A stretch of 55,968 nucleotides of DNA, counting the filler, from Perkinsus olseni (taxonomy: Eukaryota), in assembly GCA_013115125.1 (NCBI GenBank). It is 2 parts of 2 records of this genome, joined end to end, with 100 filler letters (N's around TTAATTAATTAA, not from the genome) between each part and the next. Parts side by side here need not be neighbours in the genome. Positions count along the whole stretch, not along the records: positions 28,092 to 55,968 come from JABANN010000458.1; 1 more part is not named here. One strand, given 5' to 3'. The notes under the pieces are model-generated. The model saw only the letters and a program-made list of their open reading frames with translations, did no database searches and was not told where the DNA came from. The translations under genes were made by a program, and so were the position numbers. Positions 40,901 to 53,352 of the stretch are shown here, piece after piece (the stretch's first letter is position 1; each line of letters starts with the position of its first letter).

Positions 40901-42850
40901 CATATAGACGGGATAGCGGCCAAACCACAGGTGCTAGGTGTCATGCTATCGTGAAGTGATGCAACCTGATGGTATTCTCAGTATGGTGAGACTGAGGTCT
41001 CAGCTGCTAGTTTCGTGGCCTCTGAGTATGGAGTGAAGGATGCAGCGGGCTTAGAAAATTTAACAGATCTTCTCCGACCAGCAAGCTTTAGCCTTCAGCG
41101 CCAACAGGTACGGTTTACATGCATCGCGTGCATGATTCTTTATGTATAGTTACTTCCTGGGGCCTCCAGCTCAGTGTTGCCTGGTGCGACTTCAACGTCT
41201 TCATCGACTAATATAGCTGGTCAAAGCGGTACCGAACATCTCGTTCGACGTACTATCGACTGGAAGTCTTTTGGGTTCCTGTACCGCCTAGTAAAACTTG
41301 GAATGGACGCTAACGATCCGCAGTGGCAGGCCCTTTGGGATCGATTCTCAGCGAACGAGGGCCTCAAGACACCCGCGAGGCCTCGGAAGCAGAAGCTGGA
41401 AACACTCCAAAAGTTTGTTGAGCAAAGCTTAGTGTACGCTGTGCGCAAGGACTGGGCTAAGGAGCTGTTGTACAAAAAGCCTGGGGACCCAGATCCCGTG
41501 ATCGAGCCGAGTGATGATGATGATGAGAGTGGGGCCGAATCAAAAAAGGGGCCCGCCGTCGCCATTAGAAGGAAGGATCGGCATAAGAAGCATCGGCGCC
41601 ACCACCATCGTTCGCGTTCCTCGTCTCATTCTAGGCGTAGGAGTAAATCGTCTAGCCGGCCCAGCGTATCGCACTCGGGAGATCTCCCACCTGTGAATGG
41701 CGGAGCGTCCCCTCCCCCTTTCCCTGGTTTCATACCCCCGACAGCTCCAGTCCCTCCTGGCCACGGTGCGTTTTACAAGACCCGACTGTGCCCGCTTTTC
41801 CAGTCTGGAGCTTGCCCCCGCGGCCAGTCTTGCAGCTATGCTCACGGCCCGCAAGAACTTCGCCCCAATGTGTCTGCCGGAGGTAGGCCTGGCGTTGGCG
41901 TGACTAGTGGCCTGCACACTGGAACTGTGATGCCTACTGCGAAGGTGGGCGACAGTGTCACACTGAGTGGGACCGGGAGTGGGGGTGTGATGGATGGAGG
42001 TGCTACATCAATACCAATGGGAACTGCTCCTCCTAATAACCCATATTATAAAACGCGTATGTGTCAAGCCTTCCAGCAAGGGTTGTGTCAAAAAGGAGCT
42101 TTCTGCAACTATGCTCATGGAGCCGAGGAGATGGCGTATTACGGAGGTGGTGTATCTGGAGTATTAGCTGGTGCGGGAGGAGATCTACCGAAGGGTGCGG
42201 TCAGTGCGAACGATATCAGGCTAGCCGAGAAGCGACGCTTTGAGAAGAAGCGGCACCATCATAGTAGGTCTCGGTCATACTCATCGGGGGCATCCTCGCG
42301 GAGCAGCTACAGTGGCAGTAGCGATGGTAACAGCAGTAGCTCGGAGGATGAGACTGATCGTCGTATTCGAGAACTGCAGCAGCGTCTTGGGCTCGGCCAT
42401 AATGGTACTAATAACCTGCAAGGCGATAGTGGTCCAATAGGCCCACCGGTAGCAGCAGGCATGGGCATGATGGGGCAGCAGATATCCATTCAAGCCCCGG
42501 CCCCTAGGAGATATAAGACTGAGTTGTGCAAGCACTTCATGGAGGGTAAATGTGGTTATGGTGAACACTGCTCCTATGCTCATTCTATGGAAGAGATACG
42601 TCAGCATGCAGCGGGTAATCTATCGGCTCCAGGCCCGTTCCAGCCCTCGATGCAGCAATCCAACCTATCAGTGGGACAATCTCTTCTCCAGCCGCAGTCG
42701 AGCGTAGTGACGCCTATTTTCGGGAGTACACGGGCTGAGCGGTCGACGAAGCGGAGCCATTTGGGGCATCATCACCATCATAAGGAGAAGAAGTCTCGAA
42801 CAGACTCCAGTGCGCCTGCTGCTGTGAAGATCTGCCTTGACGACCTCTAA
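37928..42850 (+). CDS. Large multidomain protein: helical (ARM/HEAT-like) N-half, GAR-like segment, RS/His-rich regions and three CCCH zinc fingers
   Basis: The last exon 41150-42850 has YKTRLCPLFQSGACPRGQSCSYAH, YKTRMCQAFQQGLCQKGAFCNYAH and YKTELCKHFMEGKCGYGEHCSYAH. It joins in frame via a GT-AG intron at 41108-41149 to upstream exons. The 5' part was only partly traced. Confidence 0.72.
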
Positions 42851-43140
42851 GGGGCTTTTCTGCTCTGCTATAGTATGGTGACGGTAGCGCTTTATTATGG
42901 CTGCCTAGCTTCTCGAACTTCGAGTGCTACGCTTGATACGTCCAGGAAAGGCTGTCTTCCTCGGTATCTTCTGCCTCGGTAGGGTTATATCATTGATCTA
43001 CGTTCCTCGCCGGCGGTTGGAGCTCGATGGGTGTAACTAATTGTAAGATGTATTTTCTAAGGTTGTCCCCTCTTGTGTTCGTAACGTGGGAGTAGTGCGT
43101 TGTGAGGATAGGAGCACTGGGGCAGCTCTTCGCTTGGCCT

Positions 43141-44756
43141 ATGACTCTCAAGTCTTCACGGCGTGGGGTGGCTTCGAACGTGTGCGACAGGGAGGACGCG
43201 CCGCTCATACCGGGCGCTGAACGTTTCGCTAGTGCGGAAAAGACGGACCGAGAGTTTGAAGCTCGATGGAGAGGTGTGAGGCGCTTACTCTACGTGGTAT
43301 GTGCTATAGAGGGTACAGATATGCTCCTACTGCCCTCCTGCTATCGTGCTATGGAAGTGGATCTTGGGCTTTCTCCCAGCTCTTTGGGATATCTCGCCAT
43401 GGGTCAAGCTTTCTGGCAAGCATCAGCCGCTCCAATATGGGGAGCAGTGTCCGATTCCCTTTCAAGACGTCTAGTTCTAACGACTGGAGTAGGGGGCTGG
43501 GCAGTATTCACTGCTCTCACCTCGGCAGTCAGTGCGTTCTGGGTTCTATTCGTCATACGTTGTCTGAATGGCATCGCTCTCGCCTCAATTATACCGGTAT
43601 CCCAGTCCATTGTTGCAGACGTGTCCATTTCCAAGAATCGAGGGTCGGCATTTGGATTCATACAATCATTCACCTCACTCGGCCAAATCTTCGCCAGCTT
43701 GTTCGGGACCTGGCTGAGTGGTATCACGGTTGTACAAGGTTTCATGGGCTGGCGGCTCGCCTTCCTGCTCACCGGTATAACAAGCGCCGTCCTAGCCGTT
43801 GTGCTGATAGTCGAATTCGAAGAACCGCCGAGGGGCGCTGCGGACAGGCACGAAGGGATCGAGGTTGATCCTGTAGTCTACCCCTCCCAGACCTGGTTCG
43901 ATAGTCTAACGGAAGAGTACAGGAAGCTCTTCTACTATCTGCGAGAGGTGAGAGACTGCTGATCGGGTAGAAGTCGCCCTCGTCAATGATTGCTCTCTCT
44001 GTTCAGGTTCGGTCCTTCGTCGTTATCGTGCTACAGGGATGTTTTGGTACCATACCCTGGGGAGCGTTCACATTCACAACCCTGTGGTTACAATACATCG
44101 GCTTCTCTGATCGATCAGCAGGAAGCCTAATCGTGCTTTACATGGCCGCAGCTGTGATCGGCGGTGTCTTGGGTGGAAACTTGGGGGACTGGGCCACGCG
44201 GAAGTGGAGATACTTTGGGCGTCCCTTCGTGGCCGTATGCAGCGTGGCGGCTGGTATACCCACTCTTGCTGTAGCATTCTTTGTTGTTCCACGTACTACC
44301 TCTTCGTATAGCAGCTACGCTTTTCTTCTCGTCATTTTCGGACTGGTAGCAGCATGGCCTGGAGTCGCTACGAATCGCCCTATTTTAGTTGAGCTCGTTG
44401 ATTCGAAGAGTAGGGCTAGCATCATTGCTTGGCTGACTGCCTTGGAGGGATCTTCTGGAGCGTTATTCGGACCGCCGATGGTTGGTATCATTGCCGAGAG
44501 GGTATTCAATTACCAGCACACAACGATTCCGGTTTATGAGATGTCAGTGGACGTTCGACACAAAAACGCCGAAGCACTAAGTAGAGCTATGATGATCCTC
44601 ACGTGCATTCCATGGATGGCCTGTCTGATTTTCTACCTCCTCCTCTTCAAGAGCTATAAATACGACTGCAAGCGACATACTCGCGCTCTTACTTCATCAT
44701 CGAGCAAGGCCAAGTCACCACGGTCCACTTCTAGTGAGGACTCTAGCGCCTTTTGA
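43141..44756 (+). CDS. Major facilitator superfamily transporter (Spinster-like), one intron ~43948-44006
   Basis: About 12 hydrophobic segments; motif A PIWGAVSDSLSRRLVL, SIVADVSISKNRGSAFG, GGNLGDWATRK. Confidence 0.92.
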
Positions 44757-45455
44757 AAAGTTGTGTAGTGTATTAATAGATACACGAACCATGCATTTAA
44801 AGTCTTAGATATGTTATATTGCGACCGCGTTGCGTACCCTAAGTTCGAGGAATGATGAACATGATGAACCGCACGCCTGAGCTGCCTCGTAGCTGAGATA
44901 CGCTTGGTGGATGACTCTTCATATTCCAGAGATACGCACTCTCTGATCAGTGACCAGTGTACTCGTCGTGTCACTCGGTAGCGTGTATTGCTTCGCGTCG
45001 ATAGCAGTCGAATTTTCTCCGCGACGAGGTCTCGGAGCAGCTGCGAAAAGTCCTCACATATCATGTATCCTAAAGCAGGTACTCCCTCCAATGCTACGAA
45101 TCTATCCTTCGGAAGTATTTTCAGCGTCCACCGAGTAGTACTCGACTATCTCAGGCACTAGGCACTCCAAACAATATCGGGCAGCGGGAAAAATGAACGA
45201 GGAAAAATTTTCATGAACATTTCATGTTACCATGAAAAGGTACCACTAAATGTTCTCATGCCTCCGTGTTATCTAATTGGTAACAGCCTTGAGCTCTACA
45301 TGCGACCCCTAAACGTATCGATCCTCCGCCGCGTCAGCAGTTTGTACTCTTGTTCCACGCACATTAGCTGACTCACAATAACTTACGAAGCACTCAAACT
45401 CAACTTTCGATAATTCTCACATCATTAACCTCTAATACGGGATTCATGGTTGGTC

Positions 45456-46029
45456 TCACGCATGGACAGTGAATAAGGAATCCAGATGGTGCTGGATATC
45501 ACTGAGCTGAGAGGTGGTATCCTGTAACAACTGAGATAAGATTGGGGATCGCCACACTCGGCCTCAGTGTCGATCGCACCTTTTGTTGGTTGTTCGCAAC
45601 CGCATCAAGTCCCTGAAGAGTTTGTTCCAAGCCAACCCCTGAGAGAACGTATCAAGGAAAGCCTTCGGCAGCCAACTAATACAGTGACGCTGAGAGGAAT
45701 ACTGTCTTGTTGCCCTGTCTATGGCTTACCGCGCCCATCCTTTTCCTGCAAGAGGGAAGCAGGGATCTGGAGTGAGTCCTCAGGAATTGCTGGTGCACTC
45801 TCGGTGTTAGAGAGATCGTGGATATCTTGTTCAATCTTGCCCAAGACAGCGTTCATTTTAGGATCAGCCACGGGGTCGAAGGAAGCCTGACCAATGTTTG
45901 CCGTTAGGGCAGCACCGGATCCCTGCGGTCAGTCCACCAGGTCAACGCGGTGAATCTTACTTCGCGTTGAGTCTCAGTGGCACGAGCAAGTGCAAAAAGC
46001 ATCGTAGTTAAGGTGGTGCGGGCAAACAT
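45456..46029 (-). CDS. Small (~150 aa) acidic, probably secreted protein, 3 exons
   Basis: MFARTTLTTMLFALARATETQRE|GSGAALTANIGQASFDPVADPKMNAVLGKIEQDIHDLS...IPASLLQEKDGR|GVGLEQTLQGLD...ECGDPQCLSQLLQDTTSQLSDIQHHLDSLFTVHA*. Canonical introns; not in the ORF track. Confidence 0.7.
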
Positions 46030-46963
46030 TGCGCAAACGATTATAAGTAGTGGCTGGTAGAGCAAATGGCGGGCCAGGACGTCGCGGGGAATTTAATTCC
46101 CCAGAACCCATCGCAAATTCCCGGAATTTGCGATCACAAGCTTGAGATCATCAACACCCGTAGACACATCGATCAGAAAGACGAGCGAGATAATCATGCG
46201 CTCATCTTCTTCCGAGTCGCTTCCACATTTTCACTCGGCTGGACCCATTGGGGTGCTCAATGGGTCCCTACTCAATTTCTGAAGCACTCGAGTATGTTGA
46301 TCACGTGAAATACGATCCTGGGGAACTTTTGACGGCTAGGAGAAGTCTGTTGAATTTCCGAATGGATCCTTGATATATCGACAGCCGGAACTCACAGCGG
46401 CACGGCAGGGAATCTATGCTCCAGTATTGGTGAATTGGTGATGATCTTCGGCGTAACACAAGAATCAGGAACGTCTTGCGACCCCGGAACACATTCTTTG
46501 GTTACGGCCGTTAGAAACTGGTTGGGTTTGTGTCCTTGTCCCGATAACGCACATTTGACTGGCGTGGTAGCGCTTTTGTTGAGGGTCGCCGCCAGGTCTC
46601 CTTGCGTTAGTAACTGGTGATCAGAGGAAATCGTCGATGTACGCCTGCCAACAGGTGTACTGCCGGTGACTTGGCCGCTGTGACCTTCCTGGACCTCGTT
46701 CTAGGTATCCATGTTTGCTGATACGTAATAGGTTGGACTTAACCTGTTCATAGCGCCCCTCGGAATCCTAGTTCATATTAAAGTTATGACTTGTTAATAG
46801 CGGCTCCGTCGTGTCCTTACCTAAGTTGAACTGGCACCGCTAGTATTAGAGAATATATTGAGAGATTCTCGGTATCAGTGACCTGGGGGGCCGTTCCGGG
46901 GTACAATTCATGCTGATCTGACTATGTCAGCTATACTGTGATGCAGTTGATTTTGAATCCATC

Positions 46964-49628
46964 ATGGCTCTGCGAGCGAAAGACGCGGACTTCGAAAACT
47001 TTGCCTCCCAGGCTAGGTCCCTGATGGGTAATGAGAGGGATTGGTCAGCTGACTATACGCTGGCTATACTGGGTTAATACTCAGGTAATGATCTAGCAGA
47101 CGACTGGCTCCAGGAGATGTGGAGTGGTGCAGACGGTGATCTCAATCGAGCACTCAATCATGTAATAATCTTCGGGGGAAAGACGCGTGATTTGAGGTGA
47201 TCTGGTGAATGGCTATCAGGTTCTCGATTCACCTCCCGACAAAATCAAACGTAGTGGGAGGTATAAAATTGCTGAATGATCTTTCTCTTCTTCATCGAAT
47301 CTCTCAGTTCGTCTGCTCCTGCACCTGTTCCCGTGTCCACTAAATCCTCAAAGTCGTCGAAAAAGAAGAAGCACTCAAGAACTTCGGCTCCCCCACCGCC
47401 CACAACCCCTGCCTGGGGAGATGAGTGAGAATTGGGAGCAAGTTTGTATTTGGGTCACTATCATCTGCCAGGTACGATGATCCTTTCTTTTCGGCTCCGG
47501 CACCTGCACCCGCGCCCCCTGCGGCCCCTGCACCGCCGCCGGAACCAGCGACAATGCAAGCGCCTCCTGCTCCTCCACCCCCTTCCCAACAACCGGTACG
47601 CTGAGCTTTATAGCGGACGCGTTTTACTCGTTCCTGTCTTGATCGCAGGTTCCTCAGCAGATGCCTGCTAGTGCACCTCAATTGATGGGTCCGCAAATGG
47701 GTATGCCGAATCAGCCAATGCTCTACCCTTACCCACCTCAACAAGCGCCCCAGATGATGCAGACCATGCCGGCCGTGTCTCCGGTAGACCGTGAATGCTT
47801 TTACTCGTCAGTGTATATCGCAAGTTTTTGATATTGTTATATTCAGGCCCCTGGGACGATGGAGAACTATCCGCCGAATGCGACTTCCAATCCGATGGCG
47901 GCTTCTTCGCAACAGCAGCAACGCATTCAGTTCGTAAGATATCACGCCTGTTGAACGGAGAAACTCTATGCTGGACGGAAAACTGCTTAGATGCAATCGC
48001 AGCAGCAGCAAGTACTCTTAGCACTGAAAGCGCAGTTAGATACCGTAAGTCTCACATTTGCACCGATTCTGGGAATCTGCTGCTTCTAGGGAGTTCATCC
48101 GAGTTTTTCCTTTAGGTACTCGCTAATCCGGCGCTCTTGCAGGATCCCGCAGCCATGCATCAACTCAAGGACACAATGAGTGTACTATTGCGGACACTTG
48201 CGTTTCACAGGGGTCTTTGAGGCTTGGGGCGCACAACATTGCTCTGCTAGATGGCCATGGAAGCGCCTAATGCCACAATACAAATGAGCGAACAAGCCCG
48301 ACAGAACCAGCAAGCGGCCCAGTTCATAAGTCTCATGCAGGTGACTCATTCTCTTGCTTCGCGGCTACCATCATGTTTTTTCGCGATTCAGAACCAAGTA
48401 TCGGAAATGTTATCTAATCCGCAAGTAGCTTCCAATCCGGAGCTCTTGCAACAATTGAATACTCAGATGAACCAGTTAAGGTTAATCACTATGCAACAGG
48501 TCAGCTACTTTTTCTCGGTCATCTCTCCCACGTCCACCAGCAGGTCGCGTCTGAGAAATTGTCGTCTAATCCTGTCACCGCGTTAAGTTTGTCATCTACC
48601 CCCAACTCTGCTGCTGCGAAACCATTCACTGCCGAGGATATAAGAAGCATTCTGGAGAGTAATACACTGGGTGCCATCATGTGACAATCAAGTATCTCAG
48701 CGCTAGCCTTGCGGAAGGTTCATGTTCGCCCGAATACACCGGAATTGGTGCATCACAGGTGCTGTGTCCGACTCGGATAGTGACGATAGTGATGAAGAAC
48801 TCGATGATGACACTGAATGGTGGGACGAGGAAGCGTCGAAGGGAAAACGTGAGAAGGGCAACGTGAAGAGGACCAAGAAGCATGTTAGTTTTAATGAGGA
48901 TTCTCCGAAGAAGGATGCGAAGAAGGTGAGCCCCCGGTTGCGTCCATGTGCTCGGCCCCGCCTTTCATCGGTCATGAGTCCCGATGGTGCCATCTCGGAT
49001 TTTTGGGTTCGATCAGGGCGGCTCCGACCCATCTCTGTCGGAAAGCAACCCTTTCAAGGAGCCAGAGGCCGAGGACGAGACAATCTCAGGCGAAGAAGGG
49101 CAGGGCTCAGCACGACCATCAAGAGAAGGTTCACATCAGCTTCCCATACATTGCTGCGCACATTCCCGTTCTCCTTGTAGGACGGAAGGGTTCTCGGAAG
49201 GGTCATTCTGACAAGGAAGGACTCGACAGGTTGATGAAGCGACTCATGGCAGCCCAATCACAGTTGAGTATGTCGGCGAATGCCTTCGGGGCGAGGATGC
49301 TTGGACTTCAATCACGGCTACTTCTTTGTTTCAGGGTCGTCGGCAAGCATGCAGCCCAATCCTGCATTTCCCAACAACAGCGTGCCGGTAGTTATGTTCT
49401 CATCCGATCATTAGTTCTAGTTTTGTTGCACATCAGGTTCTCCCCAACATGTATAACATGAGCCAAGGCAATCTACTTCCTTCGCAGAGTATGTCTACCA
49501 TGATGCCCCCCACTGGATATGCCTTACCATCGGTTATGGGTACACCCGGTGTTCCGCCTTCGATGATGAATGCTAATCCCACTGCAACTTATAATACTCA
49601 ACAACAGCAACAGCCGCCATATTATTGA
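46964..49628 (+). CDS. Pro/Gln/Met-rich protein with N-terminal UBA/CUE-like domain and STI1-like helical motifs (many exons; could be two genes)
   Basis: MALRAKDADFENFASQARSLM|GNDLADDWLQEMWSGADGDLNRALNH|VLDS; LANPALLQDPAAMHQLKD and MLSNPQVASNPELLQQLNTQM; acidic patch; ends QQQQQPPYY*. Confidence 0.6.
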
Positions 49629-50001
49629 AACGGAGATCCAGGCAAGGGAATGCTCCGTCCTTCTAATGTTGGATAGGGATACATCATTTTGTATATCCTC
49701 TCATTGCTGAGTTGGGTTAGACTTACAAGCTAGCCTCGTGTGATTTCGTGCTTGCTTTCATACGGTGAGGCTTCTGTGATGCGTATCGCTTCACTAATTT
49801 TTTCTGTACTCTTGCAATGAATGCTGTATTGCGCTATCACCGGTTTCGGGAAGTTGGAAGCTATCAATTTATCAGACAGTTTTTTGGTGGCCTCTACTTT
49901 CGGCTATGTGGCGTCAGGCAGCTAAAGTCTCATACAATCAGTAAGAAAGGTAGGCGCTGTATGCATAACTCCCACGATCCTACTCGAGGTATACGAACGA
50001 G

Positions 50002-51737
50002 ATGGCTGTGTTGCTGCGCAAATGTCTCAAGGAGCCCTTCAGAAGCCAGGCTATGAAGAGCACTGGAGTGAGCCTGAGTTTGGCCCTTGTTTTTCGACTT
50101 TGCTTCTTTCTTGTTGATCCTTTCACGGCTGGCTACTTATTCATTGCGTCGCTGTCGTCATTTCCAGGTCCAGTTTCGAGAGAAGTGGTTCGCTAACGGA
50201 GCCGAGGTATCCAGAAACGACGTCAAGGACTTCGATGAGGCTTTCAAGTAGCGTGTGTGCCAGTCGCTGTCGAACAAGCCGGATTGGTCCCTCTCCAGGT
50301 CTGCCAACCCTAGCTCTCTGTCCAAGTGAGGGACAAGTCATGGTAGAAAGAAATCGGCAAAGAAACATAAATCGGCTGGACGAGTACGATCGCAACAAAT
50401 TGGGTTTCCATACTACCTGTTTTCATCGCGTTACTTAGTGCCTGGGCGATCATTAGGAGTGATAGAATGTTGTTTTCAGTCTCATTGAGTTTCGGTTCAA
50501 CTCCTGCTAATCATTCCGCGGTGTGATGCAATGGCTTCTCCGGAAGCTCAAGGTCAATAGTAACCGAGGTAGAACTGCCATCCTTGGAGTCTTCTGGAGT
50601 GCTGGTGCGTGGGGAGGCATATACTATGCTTATCATAAGTACCAGGGTAGTATCATATAGGAGTCGTCTCGTCGGTGGATTGCTGGGTCCGCGCAGATAG
50701 CAAAACAAAGGTTGCGTTCCTGGCCCCCAAATTCGGTGTTCCGCCTGAAGAGCATCGTTTGGCTGCATTTCGGTAGTACAATAGTGCATGCTCTCTCACT
50801 AGTCTGCCCTGATATTAGATGGGTTCAGCATCAAGGCATCGACCGTGGTGAAATGGGAACCACTGAGACGCGCGCGGATATCGAAGATGTCCGGAGTGAG
50901 TCGGGCAAACCAGTAGTGCAGGGCCTTCGTACGCGACTGATCATCAGGAAAAATACTGCGGTTCGCCAGAGGTCATGTTTTGGAATGTGGGATAGGGACC
51001 GGGCGACACAACTTGAGGCAGTACATTATAAACCCTCGGTTGAAGAGCCTCACCGGCATAGACCTGGTGAGAACGCATATTTCCGATTAGCACAACGTAC
51101 CTTTGATGATCGTAGGTTGATGAGGCACTCGACAAGGCGGTCGAAAATCTGAACTCAGCGACGGACAGCATAGTAGAGATGGAGAACAACGTTCTAGATG
51201 TCAAGCCGAAGCATGTCTCGTTGGTAGTTATCGCTGAGCCTTTTTGTCAAGCGCCTCGGACATACACTACAGATACACGGTGACTTCCACAAACTACCGT
51301 TTCCTGATAACACGTTCGATACGGTCGTGAGCAGCTTCGCTCTATGTTCGGCGGAGGAGCCCAAACGTGCACTCCTGGAGATGGCACGTGTGATACTGAA
51401 TCTCCCTACTCGTGTCGCAGAATTCGTCAACTTGTGCTCCTAGGTATCGCGAAATCGAGTGCTTCTGCTGGAGCACGGCCTCTCCTGCTGGAAGATAATG
51501 CGTTGGCTTGGGTATTTGACGGGAGCGTATCCTGATCCTGAACATCCTTGGACGCATGGTACTCTTGTGATATCACTATGAGAAAATTCCGTCTATGTTC
51601 TGGTCTTAGGGTGTTATCAGGACAGAGACATACTCAAGCTATGCCGTGATTGTGGCCTTACGATAATCCGACGGACTAACTATCAGTATGGGCATGTTTA
51701 TGAGATACTGGCTAAGCACAGCAAGCAGGTGACATGA
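50002..51737 (+). CDS. OMS1/METTL7-like class I SAM-dependent methyltransferase, probably mitochondrial membrane-anchored
   Basis: TM segment AILGVFWSAGAWGGIYYAY; RRKILRFARGHVLECGIGTG, LTGIDL, GDFHKLPFPDNTFDTVVSSFALCS, VLLLEHG, HGCYQDRDI. Confidence 0.82.
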
Positions 51738-52284
51738 TTGCTAGCTAGATCCGTTGCCTCGTGCATACAGGAGCACATGAGCTGAGTTAGGAAACCCTTA
51801 TACACTGTTGTGCTGGCGGCGCGACCAAAGAAGTTTACCAACTCAATGGATGTGTATTTCACTGTTAGGCACGCGAACGAGCCATCGGGGAACACTCAGA
51901 AAAAGTTTTCGGCCGAACCTTCGATGAGCGGGGCCTGGCGGAAGCTCGTCTGTTCTATTCTAATTCGGCACATGGAGGCTCGTTGCAGGAGTGGAGTGAC
52001 TGGATTCGGCAAAATAGATGGAAGGAGCAATGATTGCATGCAAACAGTTGAGTATCAGTCGTTTCTGAGTGTGCGATGTTTCCACGTGCATCTTATTGCG
52101 TTCCTATTACGCGGCTCCGAAAGTGGCAAAGATAGTGTGGATCGCTCCGTCTAGCGGGGTTCTCGCTCGCCGAATGTTTGAGCGCTCGCCCACAGAAACC
52201 TCGCCTGACTGAAATCCCTCTAGGCTGCAGATTCTCCAGGATTCGCTTCTATCAGGTTTTTTCGCGTAATTCGTGAGTGCTTGA

Positions 52285-52802
52285 ATGTCCGACAAGGTGC
52301 GTGTCTCCCATATTCTGTGCAAGCACACGGGTTCCAGAAACCCTGTTTCTAGGAGAACATGCCATGACATCACTATTTCTCACGAGGAAGCTTTGAAAGA
52401 AATAAAAGGTCGGTATCCTTCACTTGGCGGCATAGGTTGTATATCAAGGATTATTCCTAACGCTCAGACATAATAGAGAAGCTCAAGGCTGATAAAAGCC
52501 GCTTCGCCGAGATCGCCAAGACCAGAAGTGACTGCGGCTCGTATAAGAGCGGCGGTGATCTCGGGTTTTTCGACAGGTAGTATCACCTTTCCTTACTTGC
52601 AAGTAATTAGATGAGTCCCGAATAAGTCTTCTTCAGAGGTGAAATGCAGCGGCCGTTCGAAGACGCTGCGTTCAGCCTCAAGATTGGCGAGCTGAGTGGG
52701 CCTGTGGAAACGGAGTCTGGGGTGAGTGGTGGAAGATGCCCGAGTGTCCGGCGTGGAATTTTCGTCCCATTTCAGGTCCACGTGCTCCTCCGCACCGGAT
52801 GA
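52285..52802 (+). CDS. PIN1: Pin1-type parvulin peptidyl-prolyl isomerase lacking a WW domain (4 exons)
   Basis: [74 protein letters not shown]. Confidence 0.93.
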
Positions 52803-53352
52803 TAGCTGCGATAATTGATATATTACTCGTGAGTTTTTTGCACTAGTTTATTCGAACTGATTATTTCATCGTGAAGCGAGATGTTGTGTTTAAAGCTAGT
52901 GTGTCAATCAGTCGCCGATACGCGAAGCCGCTTTACTGCGTGCGAGTATTTGGAACTGCAGCTAGGAAGCCCCAGCGGGAATGAAATTGGTGGTTTTGCT
53001 CGCTAGATATGTCCTTAAGTGCGATACGTTCAAGAGGATATAGGGTGGTGTAATACCACTGGTGTTAGCCTCTACTCATGATGGTATCATGATGATACAC
53101 CGGGCTCGTTGCTTCCTTCAATGCCATGATTCATGACTCTGTCATGCTATCACTGTAAGTGTGGAAGGTGAATGAGGCGTATCTCAGATGATGTACTAGA
53201 GTGGTGGTAGCCGGTTCACGTGAACTTAATTACTTGGTGGTTGAATGAAGACTCATTAGTGATGGGCCACTACCCGACTCAACATTAACGATCACGTCAC
53301 GACCGAGTCGGTACATTTTCAAATCAACCTTATCATGCGATCGGTAGTGTGG

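Noticed and set aside
44790..45260. Possible small minus-strand gene between the MFS transporter and the secreted protein
   Set aside because: Could not build a consistent frame without a non-canonical donor; no motif support.
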